NCBI GenBank assembly: GCA_021399395.1
Contig: JAAFKJ010000172.1
Location: 1-24,065, forward strand
Length of the DNA: 24,065 nucleotides
Reading direction: 5' to 3'
Source of the DNA: Candidatus Heimdallarchaeota archaeon
GTDB lineage: Archaea; Asgardarchaeota; Heimdallarchaeia; Heimdallarchaeales; Heimdallarchaeaceae
How positions within the stretch are numbered: position 1 is the first letter of the stretch; each line of letters begins with the position of its first letter. The translations under genes and the position numbers were made by a program. Shown in pieces: positions 6,732 to 15,249 of this stretch. The notes under the pieces were generated by a model, which was not told where the DNA came from, ran no database searches, and saw nothing but the letters and a program-made list of their open reading frames with translations.

Positions 6732-7469
6732 TTACTTAATACCAAAGAACTCTTTTTCCTCTTCTATCATATCAATAAATAACCCATCTAGCCGATGGGT
6801 TAAATGAATAATATCGGGAGGTAAGACTCTAATTTTTGTTTGATTAAACCAAGTTAAAATGGTCTCATAGTGTTCTTCTTTAACCATCATATCTTTTTCT
6901 AAACGTATTATTAAGAGAGGGATATCCTTGTTTTCAACCTTTATATCACTCAAATTTCTACCAACTTTTCTGATACACTGGTTGTATTCTTTCTTCATAT
7001 TTCGAGCACCATGTTTTATAAACATATAAAGACCTTCAAAAGAAGCTGGTACTGCTTTTTTCAAATTGAATCCAGCGATGACTAGATTCATTGGAAATAG
7101 CAGAGCAAAGATTATTGCAAAAAGATACATAATTGGAACTGGTAGAAGAAACATGAAGTTGAGGAACCAATGTACATCTTGGATATGGGCAGAACCAACT
7201 AATACTACTCCCTTGCATTTAGGGAGATGTTTTCTTCCAAGCAGTTCTAAAATGTTAGAACCCCCCATACTATATCCTACTAGAATATATTCTCGATTTC
7301 CTGGAATAATTGATTCTATCTCTTCAAGATGTTCATCTATTGAAAATCTTTTCCAATTAGTTGTATGAGCGAAATTTTCCTTGCTAAATCTCTCCTCATA
7401 AATCGGATACTTTCGCTTATAATTAGTAAAACCTGCAACTAATATAATAAAGAGATCCTTCATATCCAT
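6732..7469 (-). CDS. Alpha/beta hydrolase fold protein
   Basis: GYSMGG nucleophile elbow; candidate acid (EKD) and His (IIHLTH); hydrophobic cap segment. Confidence 0.8.
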   Translation of the reverse strand: MDMKDLFIILVAGFTNYKRKYPIYEERFSKENFAHTTNWKRFSIDEHLEEIESIIPGNREYILVGYSMGGSNILELLGRKHLPKCKGVVLVGSAHIQDVHWFLNFMFLLPVPIMYLFAIIFALLFPMNLVIAGFNLKKAVPASFEGLYMFIKHGARNMKKEYNQCIRKVGRNLSDIKVENKDIPLLIIRLEKDMMVKEEHYETILTWFNQTKIRVLPPDIIHLTHRLDGLFIDMIEEEKEFFGIK

Positions 7470-7561
7470 GGAAAATGAATGAATTGTGCTTGTTATTAAA
7501 TTTTATTAGTAGATAACATATAAAGGACAAAATCTAAAAGGTAGTTCTTCTTCCATTCTTC

Positions 7562-8470
7562 ATGGGTGGCCTACTTTTCGGGATATCAATTGTGTCTGGG
7601 TTGATATTTACAGCTCTATACAACATAGGTTTTGTTTTAGAGAAAAAAGCTATCTTGAAGTTACCTCCAGAAAAGAAGGAAGGGGTTCTAAACTTACTCA
7701 AATCAATTCTAACAAATAAGCTCTGGTTACTAGGTCTCTTTTTGACAATTGCAAGCATGGGTTTCTATTATCTAGCATTATTATGGGCTCCTTTAAGTGC
7801 AGTAGCACCATTATCTGGTTTTGGTCTAATTGTACTAATTGTATACGCTCACTTCGATCTAAAGGAATCTTTGAAGAAATTGGAATTGGTGGGTTTCGCT
7901 CTTGTGATTGTTGGTATAGTGGTTTCATCAATAATGATGAATTATGGAGTAAGAGATCTTCAGTGGGTAGAATGGAAAGGAGTATCACATTCTGTCAATG
8001 GTGCAATTGTTGTATTTGGGAGTTTACTTGTTGCTGTAACTTTTACTTTTGTACCCGTTCTATTTAGAAAGAAAATCAAACCATTTGATATAGCAATTTT
8101 CGCTGGGTTGATGGCAGGAATTCAAGCTATCGCTTTTAAGGGGATTACTGTTTGGTCGTCTGAGAGCAATATCAATCTTGATTTAGTGATTATAATTTTC
8201 TATATAATTATAGTATTGGCAACAGCTTTATTGTCTACAGGGAGCTTGCAGTTTGCATTTAAAGAAGGAAAAGTTTCCAATATAATGCCAATTTACAATG
8301 GCGTAATGACAATCTTTCCTATACTCTTTGGAGGAATAATTTTACTAGAGTGGAGTTCTCTTATTTTGGTTCAACAAATATTTCTGGGGCTTTCATTGGT
8401 CATAACAATTGCTGGAATTGTTTTACTAAGCTTGAAACATTCTCAATCCTATTTAGAAACTAATCTTTGA
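7562..8470 (+). CDS. DMT-superfamily (NIPA/EamA-like) membrane transporter
   Basis: About 9 TM helices; GFVLEKKA, WLLG, ALLWAPLSAVAPL, HFDLKESL, LQFAFKEGKVS motifs. Confidence 0.85.
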   Translation: MGGLLFGISIVSGLIFTALYNIGFVLEKKAILKLPPEKKEGVLNLLKSILTNKLWLLGLFLTIASMGFYYLALLWAPLSAVAPLSGFGLIVLIVYAHFDLKESLKKLELVGFALVIVGIVVSSIMMNYGVRDLQWVEWKGVSHSVNGAIVVFGSLLVAVTFTFVPVLFRKKIKPFDIAIFAGLMAGIQAIAFKGITVWSSESNINLDLVIIIFYIIIVLATALLSTGSLQFAFKEGKVSNIMPIYNGVMTIFPILFGGIILLEWSSLILVQQIFLGLSLVITIAGIVLLSLKHSQSYLETNL

Positions 8471-9795
8471 GTTATTTTTTCTACTTCTTCTATAGTGCTT
8501 TCAATATCTCTATTGATAAGTGTTGAATCTTGAACAATAAGCGAACCATTAGCTAAAACGTTACTAACATCACTTCCTTTCATCGAATAAGCAAAATGAT
8601 TGAGAACGTAATCGGGATTCTTACTAGGTGTTAAGTGTGGTTTTTTCAGATTAACAGTAACTATATCAGCTAAGGATCCTTTCTCTAAAGTACCAATTCC
8701 ATCCCAGTTCAATACTTTAGCTCCTCCTAGTGTCGCCAACTTGAAAATCTCTTGAGATTTAATGATAGTTGGACTGTGATGAAATCCTTTGTAATAAAGT
8801 GCTAAAAATCTAATGGTATCAAATAAATCTAGAGTGTTATTACTAGAAGGACCATCTGTCCCTAATCCCACCCTATCAACCTCTTTAATGATGTCTGGAA
8901 AAGGTGGCATATGATTACCTAATTTCGCGTTTGATAAAGGATTGAGTGATAATCTTGTACCTCTTTCTTTGAGAATCTTTATGTCTTTTCCAGTAACATG
9001 AATACAATGTGCAGCTATCATTTTATCATCTAAAACCCCAATTGAGTCCAAGAGCTCTACTGGTGTTTCTACATCAGGATAATTCTGATCATTCTTCTCA
9101 TTGAACTTTTTGCTATCTTCCATTTCAGTAGAAGATTCTGCTAGATGGGTGTGGATGAATAAATCGGGTTTATCATTATTTTCATTGTAATCGAGTATAT
9201 ATTGGTGAGCTTTCTGGAAGTCTTCAATTGTTACAGTATAAGGAGAATGAAGGGAAAATGTAACTCTAATTTGTTCGTTCAAAGTATGGTGGTGTTTTTC
9301 TATAATATCATAAGCGTCTTCAAAAGACGTTATCCCTGATAAAATTGGAGCTGCAACATAACCTCTTAATCCTATGTCACTAATTGCTTTTGCTTCGAAA
9401 CCAGGATACCAGTACATAGAATTGACAGCTGTCACTCCACTTAGAGCAGATTCAATGCTCCCTAGAAGTGCTCCTTGGTAAACATCCTCATCAACCAGTT
9501 TGGCTTCTAATGGCCAGATGTGATCTTCTAACCATGATTTTAGTGGAATATCATCGGCTATTCCTCTGAATAAAGTCATAGCGATATGGGTATGGCAGTT
9601 GACTAATCCTGGAATAAGTAACTGGTTGGAGTCGCCAATTATATCATGACCTGAAAGATTAGACCTTTTTTCATCGTAAGTTCCAATTTCTACAATCTTC
9701 TCTTCTTCCACAATAATAAGTGGGTCTTCAATAATTTGTAGCTTTGAATTGGTGTCATAATAAATGGCCAATCTTCCTCTGATTCCATATTCCAT
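8449..9795 (-). CDS. Metal-dependent amidohydrolase, 5'-methylthioadenosine/S-adenosylhomocysteine deaminase-like
   Basis: PGLVNCHTH, WLEDHIWPLE, HSPYT, HTHLAES, AAHCIH, GLGTDG, ATLGGA, GTLEKGSLADI. Substrate not certain. Confidence 0.9.
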   Translation of the reverse strand: MEYGIRGRLAIYYDTNSKLQIIEDPLIIVEEEKIVEIGTYDEKRSNLSGHDIIGDSNQLLIPGLVNCHTHIAMTLFRGIADDIPLKSWLEDHIWPLEAKLVDEDVYQGALLGSIESALSGVTAVNSMYWYPGFEAKAISDIGLRGYVAAPILSGITSFEDAYDIIEKHHHTLNEQIRVTFSLHSPYTVTIEDFQKAHQYILDYNENNDKPDLFIHTHLAESSTEMEDSKKFNEKNDQNYPDVETPVELLDSIGVLDDKMIAAHCIHVTGKDIKILKERGTRLSLNPLSNAKLGNHMPPFPDIIKEVDRVGLGTDGPSSNNTLDLFDTIRFLALYYKGFHHSPTIIKSQEIFKLATLGGAKVLNWDGIGTLEKGSLADIVTVNLKKPHLTPSKNPDYVLNHFAYSMKGSDVSNVLANGSLIVQDSTLINRDIESTIEEVEKITQRLVSK

Positions 9796-9838
9796 AAAAA
9801 GAAGAAAAAAGAAGAATATTTGAGTGTTGTTCTAAAGA

Positions 9839-10984
9839 TTATTGAGAATCAAAGTCCTCAAACAGATCCATAACATTTGGTTTACCATAAGGCAAGTAGT
9901 CATCTACAAATTCAGAGATATCATCGATACTCATTTCAGGATCAAAGTTTTTCATGATATTCTTGAGACCTTGTCTAATCATAACTGAGGGAAATTCACA
10001 GATGATGAAGCCGATATATTCACCCTTCTCTTCTAACATCAAAGAATAATCTCCAAGATCAATCTCTCTAGGAACAACATCTTTACCTATCAACTGTCCT
10101 GCAAAGTTGGAAATAGCTGTAGCTACTCCAGAAATTAAATGCTCATTCACGTCATATTTTCCTTCAAAAAGACCTGCATAAATGCTCAGTCCTGATTTAC
10201 TGAAAACATGAACGGAATAGACTCTAGATGATCCATAAAGGGCTCGTTTTCCTCCAACAATCATTCCTATACCTATCATAGCCGCACCAATCGAAGCTGA
10301 AACCAACTCTAGATGAAGTGTCGCTTTTATTTTTGCAAAAGCATAGAGTGAATAGAGAACTGCGCTGACGATAAATGCGATTATGGTTCCTGCAATCATG
10401 AATGCTAGTATCTTCTTGTGTTTCTCTTCAACGAATCTATACTGACGAGACAGATACCAAACTAAAGTTCCACCGGCATATAACACCATTGCTGCATCAC
10501 AGATAATCCAGATAAAGTGTGCTTCTGTGACTATAAAATCTAAAGTTGCATAGTCAGTTGAATTGACTGTATAACTAATGAAATTATCTACAGTATTTGG
10601 GTAACCTGCGGTTAGAGTTAGAAAAACTGTTGCACCAAAAAGAATGCTTCCTACTACAACTGTTTTGGAGTTCAAAGTTCTTCTTGCACTCAAAACTCTT
10701 GCAAATAAAACAGTTGACCCCATAGCAAGCATACTACTGATTGTTGCTATAACTGAAAAGACAAGTACAACAACCTCATTACCAGGCTTGCTGAAAATAA
10801 TCTGGAACATATCACCAATAATCCAACCAGCAATTCCAAAAAGAATCCCAAGCATAAAATATACTGCTGATGAAGCTAGTTCATATTGTCTCTTGAAGAC
10901 GATTACAATCATAGCTATGATTATACATAAAGAAACTGCAGCATAAATAAGAGATGTAATTATCATCAGATATACAGAGTGCAT
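9839..10984 (-). CDS. Seven-TM membrane protein fused to a C-terminal longin-like domain
   Basis: Seven hydrophobic segments in residues about 3-243, then VYSVHVFSKSGLSIY...EHLISGVATAISNFAGQL...EIDLGDYSLMLE..YIGFIIC, a longin-like pattern. The true start may be ATG 10966 (TTTAAAAA at -23 to -30). Confidence 0.8.
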   Translation of the reverse strand: MHSVYLMIITSLIYAAVSLCIIIAMIVIVFKRQYELASSAVYFMLGILFGIAGWIIGDMFQIIFSKPGNEVVVLVFSVIATISSMLAMGSTVLFARVLSARRTLNSKTVVVGSILFGATVFLTLTAGYPNTVDNFISYTVNSTDYATLDFIVTEAHFIWIICDAAMVLYAGGTLVWYLSRQYRFVEEKHKKILAFMIAGTIIAFIVSAVLYSLYAFAKIKATLHLELVSASIGAAMIGIGMIVGGKRALYGSSRVYSVHVFSKSGLSIYAGLFEGKYDVNEHLISGVATAISNFAGQLIGKDVVPREIDLGDYSLMLEEKGEYIGFIICEFPSVMIRQGLKNIMKNFDPEMSIDDISEFVDDYLPYGKPNVMDLFEDFDSQ

Positions 10985-11038
10985 CTATTTTTTAAATCTA
11001 ATGTAAGTTTTTTGAGGAAAAAGGAAAAAGAAGAGAAT

Positions 11039-12121
11039 CTAATTTCTCTTTCGATTGATGAATACTATTGATAATCCTATACTTAGTAGAGAAAGGAGTA
11101 CAAATGGTAAGCTCATTCCAGATTCTGTTGGGGTTGGAGTTGGAGTTGGAGTTGGAGTTGGAGTTGGAGTTGGAGTTGGAGTTGGAGTTGGTATTTCTAT
11201 TGTTTCAAGTAAGTGATTTAGTATATTATTAACAAATACTTGACCATATTGGATACCACCATTATAGAAGCTAACTTCTGTTTTTTGGTCGTACATATAT
11301 TTGTAGTCGGAATAGATAGATTCTCCAGCAAGAACAATATGACTGTAATTACCATCTCCGATATCGATTTTTTCATATACAACAGCAGGTATATCACCTA
11401 CTTCAACAACATATAGATCCTTTTCTCCACTAGAAACATCAGAGTCATCTGATACTGCAACACTACTGTAGCTTAACAAAACCTCAACATTAGGTAATGT
11501 TTCATCTTTCAAACTTACATAGTTAGTACCATTATAACCCAAAACAGCACAAGGTCCATGCATCATTATTCCTGCTGCACATCCAACACTAGCAATGGTT
11601 GCTGTAGCACTAACCCCATAATTAGTTGCTGCTACACGATATGCTGCTCCATCATTATATGTGGCATCAGAGATTGAGGTAGCATCCAACATTATTTGAG
11701 CATCAAGAAAATGCATGACATCATCAATCGGCGCACTATCGAAATATCCCCCGTAATCACTGTCTCCAGAACCAATAATCAGTTTGTTACCTAACTCAAA
11801 CCAATCCTTAATATCAGTTAAATGTGATGGTAACCAATCTTGTCCTGCATCAGCTTGTGTCAGAAAAAGTGCATTTACTTCATCAGGTAATTCCCAAGTT
11901 TCATTGATAAACAAGACGGTATTTCCTGTTATAGTTAAATTGGCAACTATATTATCAACATCATTAGAATGATAACCACCATGGTATAGATCAAATGCGA
12001 CTATATTCCCAGAGAAATTAAATTCTGTCTCAACTGCGAAAGCTGTTTGATATTTTGTTGAATTTAATTATAAAACTACGAATATCAAGCTCACAACAAA
12101 TAAAATTTTACTTTTTTTCAT
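11039..12121 (-). pseudogene. Surface-protein paralog of 12186-13289, interrupted by an in-frame TAA at codon 18
   Basis: ATG 12121: MKKSKILFVVSLIFVVL*LNSTKYQTAFAVETEFNFSGNIVAFDLYHGGYHSNDVDNIVANL..., in frame with the track ORF 11039-11914. TAA at 12070-12068; TATA CTTAAATT at -23 to -30. Confidence 0.8.
11127..11192 (-). repeat. Hexamer tandem repeat encoding a (Pro-Thr)11 linker
   Basis: Nine perfect GTTGGA units (11133-11186) plus two variant units on the + strand. Confidence 0.95.
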
Positions 12122-12185
12122 AAAGATGTGGATGTAAAGTAAGAATTTAAGTTTTTCTGAAAAAAGAAAAGTTTGAAAAATCTTA

Positions 12186-13289
12186 CTATCTCTTTCTTAT
12201 ACGTAATATAACAAGAGCACCTACACTTAACAGGGCAAGAATTGCTGTACTGATACCTACGTCTACAGTTTTTCCTGAAGTTGGGGTTGGAGTCGGAGTC
12301 GGAGTTGGAGTTGGAGTTGGAGTCGGAGTCGGTAGTTCTCTATATTCTAAGAAATAATTAATGATATTATTAACAAGTACTTCACCAGAATGTACTCCAC
12401 CATTGTAGAATCCAATTTCAGTTTTTTGGTCATACATGTATTTGGAGTCGGAATAAATTGATTCACCTGAAACAATTATATGACTATCAATATAGCCCAA
12501 GTATTCATATACAACAGCTGGATAATTACCAATTTCTAAGTCATATGAATAAAGATCGAGTTCGTTATCACTTACATCAGTATCTGCAGCAGTTGCATTT
12601 TCACTGTATCTCATGATCGTCCATACTCTGTCTGGAAAAATTGAATGACCAATTCTCAAATCCTGGTAATTCATGCCATCATATGCAATTATTGAACATG
12701 GACCATGCATAATTATTCCAGCTGTCATATCTTTAGTTAAATTACCAACCAAATCACCATCATATATTGATACACCTATTCCATAGTACGGAGCTGCAAC
12801 TCTGAAATCAGCACCATCGTTAAAGACTGGGTCTGAGATGGATGTGCCATCTAATCTTACAATGGCTCCTGTGGCATTTAAAACATCATTTATTGGAATT
12901 GGGTTGAAGAATCCACCATAATCTGAATCTCCGGATACCCATAGAAGTTTTTCTCCTAATGCCATCCAGTTTACAATATCTGTCCTCTGTGATTCGGTCC
13001 ATGCTGCTCCTTCATCACCTTGTGTTATAAATAGAGCATGAACATGATCTGGTAATTCCCATGTTTCATTAATGTATAAGACAGTGTTACCCGCTTCGGT
13101 GAAATTAGCAACTATGTTATCAACATCTGCAGCGTGATAACCACCGTGATAGAGGTCAAATGCTATGACATTTCCAGTTATTTCGATTTCAGTTTCAACA
13201 AAAAGCAACGCAGCTTTGCTGAATGAACCTACAAAAAGCAACATAAATATGATATTTGTCAATAGAACGAATTTTATTCTTTTCATCAA
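12186..13289 (-). CDS. Secreted surface (glyco)protein: GATase-like/GIFT-like domain, PT linker, C-terminal TM anchor
   Basis: Signal peptide; AFDLYHGG, KLLWVSGDSDYGG, DPVFNDGADFRV, SGESIYSD; many N-x-S/T sequons; (PT)9; TM + RIRKR. Likely start is ATG 13286. Confidence 0.85.
   Translation of the reverse strand: MMKRIKFVLLTNIIFMLLFVGSFSKAALLFVETEIEITGNVIAFDLYHGGYHAADVDNIVANFTEAGNTVLYINETWELPDHVHALFITQGDEGAAWTESQRTDIVNWMALGEKLLWVSGDSDYGGFFNPIPINDVLNATGAIVRLDGTSISDPVFNDGADFRVAAPYYGIGVSIYDGDLVGNLTKDMTAGIIMHGPCSIIAYDGMNYQDLRIGHSIFPDRVWTIMRYSENATAADTDVSDNELDLYSYDLEIGNYPAVVYEYLGYIDSHIIVSGESIYSDSKYMYDQKTEIGFYNGGVHSGEVLVNNIINYFLEYRELPTPTPTPTPTPTPTPTPTSGKTVDVGISTAILALLSVGALVILRIRKR
12280..12333 (-). 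repeat. Hexamer tandem repeat encoding a (Pro-Thr)9 linker
   Basis: Nine GTYGGN units with mixed codons. Confidence 0.95.
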
Positions 13290-13441
13290 GCTAAATAGTA
13301 AACTTGTGCATTATTAAACATTATTAACTTTTTGAGATGTAAACAGATCTGTAAGATAAAAACTATATTAAATATAGCGATTTACTTATCGAAAAGCAAT
13401 TTACTATATTTTTTTGAAGAAATGAGTTTTACTTGACTTTT

Positions 13442-13963
13442 TTAAATTTTAAAGAAATTATATGTATGTTTTCCTTTAAACGAGAATTGGAATAAATCTG
13501 TTTGCTCTACTTTCCTAATAGCCTTTTTTCTGTCAGGCCGGTGAATTGTCAACGATAATCTTCCCTTAGGTTTCAAAATTCTATGTATTTCTTGTAATAT
13601 TTTCTCCGGCTCACTTAACATGTGAATGATATCAAATAATAACGCAACATCTATGGTGTTATCTCCTAAACCAGTCTCACAATCTGAATGTATTATCTCA
13701 ATGTTAGAATATCCTTGTTGTGAGGATTTCTTCTTAACTTTCTTTATTGCAAGAGGGTGAATATCCAAAGCAAAAACCTTACCAGTTTTTCCAACTATTT
13801 CAGCTGCAGCAAGACTAAAACTACCGGGACCACATCCATAATCAAGTAGAAAGAAACTAGGTTTGATTTCAATCTCATTTAATATTTTTTGAGGTGGCAT
13901 GATTTTATCCCGAAGTTTAAAGAAAAAGCACATAAATTGGAACTCAAAATTAGACAATATCAT
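13442..13963 (-). CDS. Class I SAM-dependent methyltransferase (UbiE-like)
   Basis: LLDYGCGPG, VFALDIHP, IDVALL, EIHRILKPKG. Confidence 0.9.
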   Translation of the reverse strand: MILSNFEFQFMCFFFKLRDKIMPPQKILNEIEIKPSFFLLDYGCGPGSFSLAAAEIVGKTGKVFALDIHPLAIKKVKKKSSQQGYSNIEIIHSDCETGLGDNTIDVALLFDIIHMLSEPEKILQEIHRILKPKGRLSLTIHRPDRKKAIRKVEQTDLFQFSFKGKHTYNFFKI

Positions 13964-14112
13964 TAGTCATACTATCTAATTAGAGTCAAAGTAATATAAA
14001 TAACTTTCATTTTATTATTGAGTTGAATTTTAATCAAGAAAAACACTCTAGCATAAATGATGATTTTTATCTTTTCTTCGAGATATATCAGTTTTAAGTA
14101 TTTTTACCTTCT

Positions 14113-15198
14113 TCAGATATCAGAAATATAAACCGGTCTATAAGGAAAAATGGGTATTATTTTATTACATTTCGGACATCTATTTTCTTCAGTAAGATTG
14201 CTAAAAGTAACTGAGAACATATCTCGTTTTATTAGTAATTCTGAACACTCTGGACAGTATGTGCTTTGAAAAGGATGACCTGGTATGTTACCAAGATAAA
14301 CAAAATTTAACCCTTCATTTTTGGCAATTGTGTGTGCTTTTTGAAGTAAAGAAATAGATGTTTTCTCAATTCTTGTTAGATGTGATGGGAAATATCTGGT
14401 AAAATGTACTGGTGTATTTGGAGATAGATTCTTGATCACTTTTTGAGAAAAGTCTCTGATGAATTCTTCATCATCATTTATGGTGGGTATAAGTAAATAT
14501 ACAAGTTCAACATGCACTCCTCTCTGATAAGCAACTTGGAGATTGTCCCAGATATATTTTCCTTTGATATCAAGAAGGCAATCCACAATATTCTGTGTTC
14601 CCTTGAAGCTAACTGTTAAACCACTCATCCCTGAAGCTATAAGAATATCTAAAGCTTCCCCAGTCATGTATCCATTAGATACAAACATTTTGTAGTAATC
14701 ATTGGGGAGCATCTGAAAAACATCTACTGCGAATTCAAATGAAAGAGTAGGTTCATTATAGGAAAAACAAACACCATTTATTGATGGATTAAAATTGGCA
14801 TTTTCAACTACTTTTTCAGCTGTCATAAGACTTGCATCAGAATATTTTTCGGGAGGAGGACGTTTAGAGATATCCCAATTAAGACACCAATCACAAGTAA
14901 AATTACATCCCCAAGACCCCAACGTAAGGGATGTAGATCCAGGAAAATAATGATAAGCAGGTTTCTTTTCAATAGGATTTAAACTATAACTAGAAACATC
15001 CCCATATTGAATTGTGTAAATCTTACCCTCGATATTTTTTCTTGTTTTACAAAAACCTATTTCTCCTTCTTTAATTGAACACATACGACGACAGACGAGA
15101 CATTGAGCACCACCATTACTCAATTTCTTCTGTAAGTAAGATTCTTTTATTCGAGGGTCTTTGTCTGTCAAAGCGTTCACTTCTTTCACTAGAATCAT
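14113..15198 (-). CDS. amrS: AmmeMemoRadiSam-type radical SAM enzyme (PFL-activating enzyme family)
   Basis: CLVCRRMC...GFCKTR, NPIEKKPAYH, GCNFTCDWCLNWDIS (CX3CX2C), YNEPT, VSNGY, YLGNIPGH, TYCPEC..CPKC. Confidence 0.85.
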   Translation of the reverse strand: MILVKEVNALTDKDPRIKESYLQKKLSNGGAQCLVCRRMCSIKEGEIGFCKTRKNIEGKIYTIQYGDVSSYSLNPIEKKPAYHYFPGSTSLTLGSWGCNFTCDWCLNWDISKRPPPEKYSDASLMTAEKVVENANFNPSINGVCFSYNEPTLSFEFAVDVFQMLPNDYYKMFVSNGYMTGEALDILIASGMSGLTVSFKGTQNIVDCLLDIKGKYIWDNLQVAYQRGVHVELVYLLIPTINDDEEFIRDFSQKVIKNLSPNTPVHFTRYFPSHLTRIEKTSISLLQKAHTIAKNEGLNFVYLGNIPGHPFQSTYCPECSELLIKRDMFSVTFSNLTEENRCPKCNKIIPIFPYRPVYISDI

Positions 15199-15249
15199 TG
15201 ATTAAATATCTTTTGTAAGTTTTTTAGAAAAAGAGGAAGGGTGCTCTAT

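Noticed and set aside
5770-9795. Methionine-salvage cluster (isomerase plus MTA deaminase)
   Set aside because: The eIF2B-like protein lacks the catalytic Cys and the RGA motif, and the genes are not operonic.
11127-12333. Tandem repeats as a CRISPR array or telomere-like repeat
   Set aside because: No spacers; they are in-frame Pro-Thr linkers.
13950-13970. Six-codon upstream ORF (MTNDIV) overlapping the methyltransferase start
   Set aside because: Could be chance or a 1-nt indel; nothing supports a regulatory role.
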